Below are positions 7,137-15,444 of a stretch of DNA of 15,444 nucleotides, piece by piece. The first letter of the stretch is position 1; each line of letters opens with the position of its first letter. Source of the stretch: Armatimonadota bacterium (GTDB taxonomy: Bacteria > Armatimonadota > Hebobacteria > CAIYQO01); NCBI GenBank assembly GCA_038248345.1, contig JBBRXO010000068.1:1-15444 (forward strand). The letters run 5' to 3'. The notes beneath the pieces were generated by a model. The model did no database searches. It was not told the DNA's origin and saw only the letters and a program-made list of their open reading frames with translations. The translations under genes and the position numbers were made by a program.

Positions 7137-8429
7137 GTGGGCAGTACCGTTATTGTGGGCACCCAATGGGGTGACGAGGGTAAAGGGCGTGTGGTGGATG
7201 TATATGCCGCCAACGCGCTAGTTGTGCGTTTCCAGGGTGGGGACAACGCCGGGCATACGGTGAAGATCGGGGAGCAGTCGTTCGCGCTGCATCTGATCCC
7301 ATCCGGTATCGTGCGCGAGCGCCCGTGCGTGCTGGGCAACGGCATGGTGATTAATCCCAAGTCGTTGCTGAAAGAGATCGCTGATCTGGAGGCCAAGGGG
7401 ATCAACGCCCGTCCGCATATCCATATCAGCGAAGATGCGCACCTGATTATGCCGTACCATCTGGCGCTGGATGCCGCGAGCGAGCGCGCCATGGGCAAAG
7501 GCAAAATCGGCACCACACTGAAGGGCATCGGCCCCGCTTACACCGATAAATACAGCCGTGTCCACGGTCTCCGCATGGGTGACCTGCGCAATGCTGATTA
7601 TTTCCGCACGCGTCTGGAGGCTATCGTCGCCGACAAGAACGACGTGCTGACGAAACTGTATGACTGGGAGACCACCTTCTCCGCAGATGAGATTTTCGAC
7701 GAGTACATGAAGTACTACGAAGAGATCAAGTCGATGATCTGCGACACCGCCGAGATGATCTGGCAGGCGATTCAGCGTGATGAAGAGGTGCTTTTTGAAG
7801 GCGCCAACGCCACCATGCTGGATATTGATCACGGCACCTACCCGTATGTCACCTGTTCGACACCGACCGCTGGCGGGGCGGCTGTCGGCTCTGGCGTCGG
7901 CCCTGGCTATCTGGGCAATGTCATCGGGGTAGTGAAAGCCTACACCAGTCGCGTGGGCTAGGGGCCTTTCCCCACCGAATTAAATAACGCCACCGGCGAG
8001 CGTATCCGCGAGCTGGGGCATGAGTACGGCACCACCACCGGGCGTCCGCGCCGTTGCGGCTGGCTGGATATCTGTGTGCTGCGCAAAGCAGTGCGCGCCA
8101 ACGGGCTGGCCTATATGGCGCTCACCCATCTGGATGTTATGGGCGAATTCGACGAGATCCCTCTCTGTGTGGCCTATGAGATTGATGGCAAACGGGTGGA
8201 TACCTTCCCCAGTTCATTGTGGGAAGTGGAACGTGCCGTGCCGATCTATGAGATCATGCCCGGCTGGAAGACATCGCTGGATGATTGCCGTTCCTATGCT
8301 GACCTGCCGGTAGAAGCGAAGGCGTACCTGGATCGTATTGTCGAGTTGACCGGAGTGCCACTCTGTATGGTCACTGTGGGCAGCGAGCGTAATCAGACGA
8401 TTATTCTACGCGATGCCTCTACTATGTAG
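7137..8429 (+). pseudogene. purA: Adenylosuccinate synthetase, full-length frame (430 codons) broken by one in-frame TAG at 7959-7961
   Basis: GTG start with GGAGGAG RBS; QWGDEGKG, RFQGGDNAGHT, IGTTLKGIGPAY, LDIDHGTYPYVT, then YTSRVG*GPFPTEL, EYGTTTGRPRRCGWLD. The two ORF-track pieces (7113-7961, 8076-8429) are in the same frame. Gene identity is secure; pseudogene versus sequencing error versus readthrough is unresolved. Confidence 0.85.
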
Positions 8430-8436
8430 TCACTTC

Positions 8437-8463
8437 ACGCCCGGAGACTTGCTCTTCGGGCGT
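8437..8463 (+). terminator. Hairpin after purA, possible weak terminator
   Basis: ACGCCCGGAGA-CTTGC-TCTTCGGGCGT 7 nt after the stop; poor U tail (CGTTTC). Confidence 0.45.
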
Positions 8464-8566
8464 CGTTTCAGCTGGTCTCCCAGGCCGCAAACGCAACTTT
8501 TTCCGCTCGCTGGTGTTTAATAATATATAACTCGGTGTAAAACCGTCAGGGAATTTGTTACTAACT

Positions 8567-9817
8567 ATGAAGATCTTCGCTAAATTATTGCTCATCTGTA
8601 CTTGCTGTTGTATGTTGCTGGCGCCACTAGCCGTGCTGGGAGAAGACCCCCCCAAGCCGTTGCAGATTGATGCAACCGCCAATGGCTGGACTGTCAGCGC
8701 CATCAACGTAGATGCCCATGAGTTGTTGACTTCGCTGGCGGCAAGCGCTCATATGCAGATGATCGTCGATGACACCGTGCGCCGGCAGGTGACCATCCAT
8801 ATTATTGATCGTCCGGCATTGGATATTCTGAAGATAGTCGCTAATGTCTACGGTTTTTCCACGGCAGAGATCAACGGAGTGCAGTTGGTCTCGGAGGGAG
8901 CGCCGCGTTCCCCGGCTTCCTATTTGCTGTCGGATATCACCACTATCTCGACGAAGTTCGTTACTCCTGACTCGGCGCGGGCCTTATTACCGTCGTTTTT
9001 GCAAAGTTCAGTAGCGGTTAACAGTAATCGTAACGCGCTGGTGCTTTCCGGGCCGAAATCAATCCTCGACAAAGTTCGCCAGGATGTTGAGATGTTCGAC
9101 AAGCCGACGCAGCAAATTATGTTAGACGTCAACGTGGTGGAATTTACCGATATGGATACGGACAAATTCACCGCCATGCTGGGCGAAAAGAACGCCAAGG
9201 TTGGCGTGACGACCGATTCTCTCACCGGGCAAGTGACGTTATCAGCATTGACGACACTGCCGACAGATTTCAATGTGCAGTTGAACGCACTGGTGACTAA
9301 CCGGAAAGCGCGGGTACGCGCAAATCCGCGTATCGCCACCATTACTGGGCAGTATGCCTCAATTTTCATCGGACAGCAGCAGTATCTCAATGGTTCCAGT
9401 TCCATTTCCGCCGGTGTGTCCCTCGCAGTGACACCGTTTACCGGTGGCGATGGCGATATTATCCTGGATATGACTGAAGAGATCAGTACCTTAAGCGCGC
9501 CGGAGGGTAGCTCCACCGTACCGACCAAAACTCAGCGTACCGCCAAGAGCAACATCCGGGTACGTGATGGCCAAACGATCATCATCGGTGGCCTAAGCCA
9601 GGATGAAGTGCGTACGGTACGGCGTTCCATTCCTATTCTGGGCAACCTGCCGTTAATCGGCAATCTATTCCGCTCCAAAACCACTGAACATACCAAGGTG
9701 GACTTGGCGATCTTCATCACCGCCCGTCTGTTAACACCTACCGGACATCTGCCCAACGAAGATATGAAGCAATTATTGCCAGCAAATACCACCATCAAAA
9801 TGGGAATAGCTCAATGA
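8567..9817 (+). CDS. Secretin (GspD/PilQ superfamily), short form: signal peptide, STN/N0-like domain, one N domain, secretin core
   Basis: QIMLDVNVVE, ANPRIATITGQYASIFIG, AGVSLAVTP, IRVRDGQTIIIGGL, IPILGNLPLIGNLFR, LAIFITARLL. Start placed at ATG 8567 (MKIFAKLLL signal peptide). Confidence 0.9.
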   Translation: MKIFAKLLLICTCCCMLLAPLAVLGEDPPKPLQIDATANGWTVSAINVDAHELLTSLAASAHMQMIVDDTVRRQVTIHIIDRPALDILKIVANVYGFSTAEINGVQLVSEGAPRSPASYLLSDITTISTKFVTPDSARALLPSFLQSSVAVNSNRNALVLSGPKSILDKVRQDVEMFDKPTQQIMLDVNVVEFTDMDTDKFTAMLGEKNAKVGVTTDSLTGQVTLSALTTLPTDFNVQLNALVTNRKARVRANPRIATITGQYASIFIGQQQYLNGSSSISAGVSLAVTPFTGGDGDIILDMTEEISTLSAPEGSSTVPTKTQRTAKSNIRVRDGQTIIIGGLSQDEVRTVRRSIPILGNLPLIGNLFRSKTTEHTKVDLAIFITARLLTPTGHLPNEDMKQLLPANTTIKMGIAQ

Positions 9818-11448
9818 AGCTCTGGGCATGGCTGGCAATATCGCTGGCAGGCATATGGTTGACACCAGTAGTTACCTGGGCACAATTAGCAGAACGTGCT
9901 ACTGTGTTGACTGACGTAACGGTGGAGAAGCGCGCCAATGTGCTGCGCATCCGCTTGAGTACGGATGGCCCGGTGAGCCTGCAGCAATCTAGTGGTCTGA
10001 CGAGTCAATACAAACGGATAGCGTTTATCTTGCCGAACTCCCGCTACACTGTCCCCGATTTTATAAATGTTGATGTATTTCCGGTGAGCCATCTGGAGTT
10101 CGCCCCAAGTCCTGATGAGCCGCAGGATGTGATGTGTACCATCGTGAATTACACCGAGGTGGTGTTTGCGGCATTGGGGGGGCAGGATTACAGCCAGTAT
10201 GCGTCTGCCGGCGCTTCCCGGGTGCTGATCTCCAATAATTCTCCTACTGAGATTCTGATCCAGATCACCTTGGATCGCAGCAACGCCGGGAAAGATTTCA
10301 CCCGCACGCCCGCGCAATGTACCGTCACGGGAACACGTGACTCATTGACGTTGAAGTGTATTAATACGAAACTGGGTACAGTAGTAGATAAACTGTCAGA
10401 GGCAACGCAGATCCCCATAAATCTGGACCTGGAGACAGAACCAGCGGTGAGTGTGAATATGGAAAACGTAGTGCTGGAGCGGATATTGGATTCGATAGCA
10501 TTGGGATATGGACTGAACGTAGCGAAAACCGGGCAAAAGATAATCGTCACCACCGGTGTGCCTAAAACTGGTTCGTCATATGCGCTAGCCAGCCAACGCA
10601 CTATTCAATTGCAGTATCTATCATCTGATGAGTGCATGAAATTATTACCCCAAGCGGCGCTCCCGATGCTGAAAGCGAATGAGGATGGGAGATCGTTAGT
10701 CGCCGCTGGCACCCCGATGATGTTGGACAAAATTGTCCGTGATGTGGCGGTTATTGATCAGCCGTCTTATCATGTAAATCTGCAAGTCACCACCATCTCC
10801 AGCGATGCCACGGATGACGTCATCAATAGTATCGACCGACTGCTTTTTGACGGGCATACGAAGATTGATTTGCCAGAGCAGGGGATATCAGTATCCGCAG
10901 GGAAAACGAATAGTAATGATATGTTGGCATCGTTGCAAGGGCTGCTTACATCACGGGTGGTTACGATTAAATCAGCCCCGGGCATCCAGGTAATCAACGG
11001 TGAGACTGCCTCGCTTTTTGTCGGCCAGACGATAAATCTTATCGTGGAGTCGAACGGCAATGCAAATTTGACGGCTATCGATGCTGGCACGATGCTGAAT
11101 GTTACCCCGCATACCAGTAGTGAGTGGGTAAATCTTACTACTAAAGTGGAGAATTCGTTTTTGCAGGAAGAGAATTCCCTAGGCCCGTTAATCAGCTCGC
11201 AGAAGGTAAACACTACCTTACGGATAAAATCTGGTGACACCTTGATTATCGGAGGGTTACGGGTAAAAACAGAGGAAGTGCAACGCGAAAAGATTCCGTT
11301 AGCGTTGCGAAGGTTCAAGGTATCGGCGGACATTCCTACCAAATATCGCTCCAATAAGGCAGTTCGTGCCACCTGGGTATTACTATCTGCCACGACATCA
11401 GCGACCGCGCTGGCGAACCCGCGCAAAATGAATGAGGTATTAAGATGA
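9814..11448 (+). CDS. Divergent secretin with N-terminal AMIN-like domain
   Basis: Signal peptide; LTDVTVEKRANVLRIRLSTDGPV; PGIQVINGETASLFVG, AGTMLNVTP, LRIKSGDTLIIGGL; ATGA overlap with the upstream gene. Confidence 0.82.
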   Translation: MKLWAWLAISLAGIWLTPVVTWAQLAERATVLTDVTVEKRANVLRIRLSTDGPVSLQQSSGLTSQYKRIAFILPNSRYTVPDFINVDVFPVSHLEFAPSPDEPQDVMCTIVNYTEVVFAALGGQDYSQYASAGASRVLISNNSPTEILIQITLDRSNAGKDFTRTPAQCTVTGTRDSLTLKCINTKLGTVVDKLSEATQIPINLDLETEPAVSVNMENVVLERILDSIALGYGLNVAKTGQKIIVTTGVPKTGSSYALASQRTIQLQYLSSDECMKLLPQAALPMLKANEDGRSLVAAGTPMMLDKIVRDVAVIDQPSYHVNLQVTTISSDATDDVINSIDRLLFDGHTKIDLPEQGISVSAGKTNSNDMLASLQGLLTSRVVTIKSAPGIQVINGETASLFVGQTINLIVESNGNANLTAIDAGTMLNVTPHTSSEWVNLTTKVENSFLQEENSLGPLISSQKVNTTLRIKSGDTLIIGGLRVKTEEVQREKIPLALRRFKVSADIPTKYRSNKAVRATWVLLSATTSATALANPRKMNEVLR

Positions 11449-13142
11449 TTAGAAGTTCACAATTAAGCATTATGATCATGCTACTGGCAGTACTGGCGAT
11501 ATTCAGCGCCCTCCCGGCACACGCCGAGGCCTATTGCTACCTCAATTCAATGAAAGTTGATTCGCTGAAGAATGGGATGCAGGTCACCGTATCGGCGGAT
11601 GGGATCCTTTCCTGGGCGTGGGCAACTGGTATCAGTGTGCCGGTGATGACGGCTACCATCAACTTCACCTCCACGCGCCAGGCGTTGGACAAGACATTTT
11701 ATTCCATCAGCAAAGACCCTCTCAACTCCGTGCTCTTCACTGAATCCGCCGACGGTAAAACGGTTTCAATGGTCATGAGTATGACGCAGGCGTCGCGGAT
11801 TTCTGCGGTTGCCAGTGAAGATCGTCAGTCATTGATCATCACCATATTTTCCGCCTATACAAATGAAACCAGACCGACAACGACAGCTGGGCAACAGATA
11901 AAGGCCGGGAGTTTTACCATCACCCGGCATGGTGACCAGGTTGATGTGGTAGCGATAAAAGCAGAGATTAAAGCGCTCATCTCTGATCTCGCGCTGAAAT
12001 GCGACTTGAATGTCGCCGTTCACGATGGAGTGAATCACAATATCAGTATCAATATGCAGAATAAAACCCCGGTAGAGGTACTGCAGGGGATAACCGCTGG
12101 GTATGGGCTGGCGCTCTCGAAGGATAATGACGTCTATATGATCAGCGAGGGTGTGCCGGCGGATCTGTCTACCTATCAGCGTAGTAGCACCGCTACCTTC
12201 CCGATGAAGTACCTGCGCGCTTCTGATGCCAAAACGCTGCTCCCCTCGTTTCTCTTCCTCTATATTCGCGACAATCCGCTGCAGAATGCGGTGGTCGTCA
12301 CCGCCCCCTCCCAGCTTATCGACAAAGTCGGGCGCGACCTGAAAGTACTCGATACTCCGCCCGCGATGGTGATGATGGAATGCGCGGTGGTAGAGCTCAC
12401 TAATTCCAACGACTTTCATTCAGAATTGAAAGCGCAGTTTCAGGATAAGAGGCATGATGTGAGTAGTAACTCTACTACCGGCGCTATTAACTTCCATGCC
12501 TTGGATTTGAATGGCCTCGCCACGGCCATCGCTCCGACGCCGATACTGAAGAGCGTATTGCAGGCGCTCATCACAAAGGGTAGTGCGGTCGTAAAAGCCC
12601 ACCCGTCGATGGCGGCGGTGAATGGCAAAGCTGCAGAAATCAAGGTTGGATCAGTGCGTTATATCAGATACACCGCGGGGAGCAATACCACGGACTCTTT
12701 CATGCCGGTAGAGGTGGGTACCAAACTCAATATCACACCATCCACCAGCGGCGCCAAGGAGATCACCTGCTCGATATCGGTAGAGATGTCAAACATCGTG
12801 CAGATCAACCTTGCCACGGGCGTACCCCGTGTCAGCAAGCGTACGGTGAGCACCACGCTGCGCACTCTGGATGGTGAGACCATTATCATCGGAGGTCTCT
12901 CGCTGATGCAGGACGAGAATGCCAACCAGAAGGTACCCGGCCTGGGTAATGTCCCGCTACTGGGGCAGTTTTTTCGCAGTAAGAGCAAAAGCGCCAACAC
13001 TACCGAGTTGGTAGTGCTCATCCGTCCACGTCTGCTGGACGCCAGCGGTCACCTTCCCACCGAAGATGATACCATCTATCGCACCAAGTTCCTCCAGCCC
13101 GGCGACTTGGGATACGTAGGGCCGGCAGTGGTGAAAAAGTAG
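11445..13142 (+). CDS. Secretin with N-terminal AMIN-like domain
   Basis: Signal peptide ending AHA; VMMECAVVE, AHPSMAAVNGKAAEIKVG, VGTKLNITP, DGETIIIGGL, VPGLGNVPLLGQFFR, ELVVLIRPRLL; ATGA overlap with the upstream gene. Confidence 0.92.
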   Translation: MIRSSQLSIMIMLLAVLAIFSALPAHAEAYCYLNSMKVDSLKNGMQVTVSADGILSWAWATGISVPVMTATINFTSTRQALDKTFYSISKDPLNSVLFTESADGKTVSMVMSMTQASRISAVASEDRQSLIITIFSAYTNETRPTTTAGQQIKAGSFTITRHGDQVDVVAIKAEIKALISDLALKCDLNVAVHDGVNHNISINMQNKTPVEVLQGITAGYGLALSKDNDVYMISEGVPADLSTYQRSSTATFPMKYLRASDAKTLLPSFLFLYIRDNPLQNAVVVTAPSQLIDKVGRDLKVLDTPPAMVMMECAVVELTNSNDFHSELKAQFQDKRHDVSSNSTTGAINFHALDLNGLATAIAPTPILKSVLQALITKGSAVVKAHPSMAAVNGKAAEIKVGSVRYIRYTAGSNTTDSFMPVEVGTKLNITPSTSGAKEITCSISVEMSNIVQINLATGVPRVSKRTVSTTLRTLDGETIIIGGLSLMQDENANQKVPGLGNVPLLGQFFRSKSKSANTTELVVLIRPRLLDASGHLPTEDDTIYRTKFLQPGDLGYVGPAVVKK

Positions 13143-13189
13143 GCTAAAAGGGGAGTTGTTGGGAAGATTATTGCGCACCTTTTCCCAAT

Positions 13190-13299
13190 GCTTTAATTCA
13201 CAGGATGTAAGGATAGTAAGGATTTTATTAGTGCGTAAAAAGACTACCTGGCCTTTATCTTAATTACCCTTCTATCCTGTGAATTACAACGACAGAGGA
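13190..13299 (-). repeat. Inverted-repeat intergenic element, copy 2 (opposite orientation)
   Basis: Same 13-bp IR at 13194-13206 / 13274-13286; the reverse complement reads TCCTCTGTCGTTG-TAATTCACAGGAT...ATCCTGTGAATTA-AAGC, matching copy 1 with one mismatch in the outer flank. Confidence 0.88.
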
Positions 13300-13352
13300 T
13301 AACCTTTCCGCAGTTACCATTGCATGATCAACTTGGAACGTGGAACTAATAC

Positions 13353-14759
13353 CTACCCCACCACAGCCTTCGCCAATACCAATTGCTCGCGCACCCGCTC
13401 GGGGGCGGTGCCGCCACGGCTGGTTTTGGCGGCTACCACCGCTTCGGGGGTGAGGAGGGCGGGTAGATCCTCGCCGATGAGCGGGGAGAACTCGCGCATT
13501 TCGGCGGCGCTCAAATCCGCCAGTCCCATGCCCACGCTCTCGGCGTAGCGGACGATCAAGCCGCTGACGTGGTGCGCATCGCGGAAGGGCAGGCCTTTGT
13601 CGACCAGGTAGTCGGCTATCTCGGTGGCGGCGCTCATCTCGCCGGTGAGGGCCGCCAGCGTGCGCTCGCGGCGGAACTTCATCCCTGCGACCATCCCGGT
13701 GGTGATCTGCAGGCAGGCCAGCGTGGTATCCACGGCGTCGAACGCCGCTTCTTTATCTTCTTGCAGGTCTTTGTTGTAGGCCAGCGGCAGACCCTTTAAG
13801 GTGGTGAGAATCGCCAGCAGATCGCCGAAGACGCGCCCGGCTTTACCGCGGATCAGCTCCGCGCCGTCGGGGTTCTTCTTCTGCGGCATGATACTGCTGC
13901 CGGTGAAGTAGCCCTCGGGCAGGTCGACCCAGAAGAACTCCTGCGAGGACCAGAGGATAATCTCCTCACATAATCGCGAGAGGTGCATCATGACGTTGGC
14001 GCAGGCGGCGATGAACTCCACGGCGAAGTCGCGGTCGGCCACCGCGTCCATGCTGTTCTCCAGGATACCCGCGAAGCCCAGCGCGTCGGCCACCATGGCG
14101 CGGTCGATGGGGAATTTCGTCCCCGCCAGCGCGGCAGCACCCAGGGGCAGGCGGTTGATACGTTTGCGCGCGTCGGCGATGCGTTCGCGGTCGCGCCCGA
14201 GCATCCACACGTAGGCCAGCAGGTGGTGCGCGGCCAGCACCGGCTGCGCGTGTTGCAGGTGGGTGAAACCTGGCATGATGACGTCAATATGCGCCTCGGC
14301 GCAGCTGATGAAGGCATTCTGCGCCTGTTGCAATGCGGCATCCAGCGCGTCGCAGCCACCGCGCAGATAGAGGCGGAAGTCAGTGCAGACCTGGTCATTG
14401 CGGCTGCGTGCCGTGTGCAGTTTGCCCGCCAGCGGCCCCAGTTTCTCACGCAGGGCGGACTCAACGGCGGAGTGGATATCCTCCAGCCCATTGATCTCCG
14501 GGCCGTCCGGCTCCCACTCCGCGCGGAGTTGCTGCAATCCGCTGACGATTTGTGTCGCCTCGTCGGCGCTGATGATACCCACCGCCCCCAGCATCTGCGC
14601 GTGGGCGATGCTGCCGTCGATATCCTCGCGCCACATGCGCGCGTCAAAGGGCAACGACGCCTGGAAGGCGTTGAGTGCGGGATTTACTCCGCCAGCGAAG
14701 CGCCCGCCCCAGAGGGTGGGGGAGACGCCGTTCTTCTCGTTGGACGTTGCATCAGACAT
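13353..14759 (-). CDS. argH: Argininosuccinate lyase
   Basis: [62 protein letters not shown]. Confidence 0.98.
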   Translation of the reverse strand: MSDATSNEKNGVSPTLWGGRFAGGVNPALNAFQASLPFDARMWREDIDGSIAHAQMLGAVGIISADEATQIVSGLQQLRAEWEPDGPEINGLEDIHSAVESALREKLGPLAGKLHTARSRNDQVCTDFRLYLRGGCDALDAALQQAQNAFISCAEAHIDVIMPGFTHLQHAQPVLAAHHLLAYVWMLGRDRERIADARKRINRLPLGAAALAGTKFPIDRAMVADALGFAGILENSMDAVADRDFAVEFIAACANVMMHLSRLCEEIILWSSQEFFWVDLPEGYFTGSSIMPQKKNPDGAELIRGKAGRVFGDLLAILTTLKGLPLAYNKDLQEDKEAAFDAVDTTLACLQITTGMVAGMKFRRERTLAALTGEMSAATEIADYLVDKGLPFRDAHHVSGLIVRYAESVGMGLADLSAAEMREFSPLIGEDLPALLTPEAVVAAKTSRGGTAPERVREQLVLAKAVVG

Positions 14760-15444
14760 CGAGGTATTTCACTTCTTTCGCATGTCGGGCGATGAATTCG
14801 CGGCGTGGGGCCACCACATCACCCATCAGCGTGGTGAATATTTCGTCGGCTTTTACCACATCTTCCAGATCAATGCGTACCAGGCGGCGCGTCTTCGGCT
14901 CCATGGCGGTTTCGGCCAGCTCGTCCGCGTCCATCTCACCCAGACCTTTATAGCGCATCACCGTCACACCGCGCTTGGGCAGGGTCAGCAGGATCTTCGC
15001 CAGTTCGGCCTCGGTCATAGCATAGTGCATATCTTTGCCGTGGCGCACCCCGAAGAGTGGCGGCTGTGCGATGTAGACGTGTCCCTGCTCTACCAGCGGC
15101 TGCATATAGCGGAAGAAGAGTGTGAGGAGCAGCGTGCGAATATGTGCTCCGTCAACGTCCGCGTCCGTCATGATGATGATACGGTCGTAGCGGATCTTCT
15201 CCAGGTTGAAGGTTTGCGTTCCTTCTTCTTCACCGTCATCGTTCAGTTTGCCGTTGCCGCCCGTGCTGATCCCGGCACCGATGGCACGGATCATGTTAGC
15301 GATTTCGACACTGTTGAGGATGCGATCCAGCCGTACGCGCTCCACGTTGAGCACCACACCGCGCAGGGGGAGCACCGCCTGGAAGCGGCTGTTGCGCGCC
15401 TTCTTGGCGCTGCCACCGGCGGAGTCACCCTCGACGAGGAACAG
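14752..15444 (-). CDS. gyrB: Type IIA topoisomerase B subunit (GyrB, possibly ParE), C-terminal Toprim part; 5' end outside the window
   Basis: Frame is open to the window edge: [56 protein letters not shown], ending LDV. Confidence 0.88.
   Translation of the reverse strand: MFLVEGDSAGGSAKKARNSRFQAVLPLRGVVLNVERVRLDRILNSVEIANMIRAIGAGISTGGNGKLNDDGEEEGTQTFNLEKIRYDRIIIMTDADVDGAHIRTLLLTLFFRYMQPLVEQGHVYIAQPPLFGVRHGKDMHYAMTEAELAKILLTLPKRGVTVMRYKGLGEMDADELAETAMEPKTRRLVRIDLEDVVKADEIFTTLMGDVVAPRREFIARHAKEVKYLDV

Noticed and set aside
7959..7961. Genome-wide TAG reassignment (alternative genetic code)
   Set aside because: TAG terminates ywbE, the RM gene, purA, secretin 3 and argH at plausible C-termini, and no other gene in the window has an internal TAG.
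8076..8429. Separate 117-aa gene
   Set aside because: It is the in-frame C-terminal part of purA.
8567..8645. Lipoprotein signal in secretin 1 (CTCCC)
   Set aside because: The cysteines lie inside the hydrophobic stretch without a canonical L-A/S-G/A-C lipobox.
8920..13178. Antisense ORFs across the secretin genes
   Set aside because: Shadow frames of real genes with no independent coding signal.
13324..14953. Alternative-frame and antisense ORFs over argH and gyrB
   Set aside because: Expected in high-GC coding DNA; Arg/Ala/Pro-rich without motifs.

Overview
Bacterial chromosomal window. In order: class I hybrid-cluster protein gene hcp (minus strand, with its own promoter and terminator); a divergent Rrf2-family regulator with three Cys; a small YwbE/DUF2196 protein; a single-polypeptide Type IIG restriction-modification enzyme whose target-recognition region is much more AT-rich than the rest of the gene; purA, interrupted by one in-frame TAG and preceded by a terminator-like leader hairpin; three overlapping secretin paralogues with no other secretion or pilus genes beside them; and, converging on these, argH coupled to the 3' end of a gyrB/parE-type gene. 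The intergenic regions contain many REP/REPIN-like hairpins and two copies of a 110-140 bp inverted-repeat element. The strongest leads are the stand-alone secretin triplet, the purA amber codon with its candidate attenuator, the apparently swapped RM specificity domain, the repeat family, and a PLRGK-to-PLRGV change in the topoisomerase. All family calls come from motif recognition; no database search was run.
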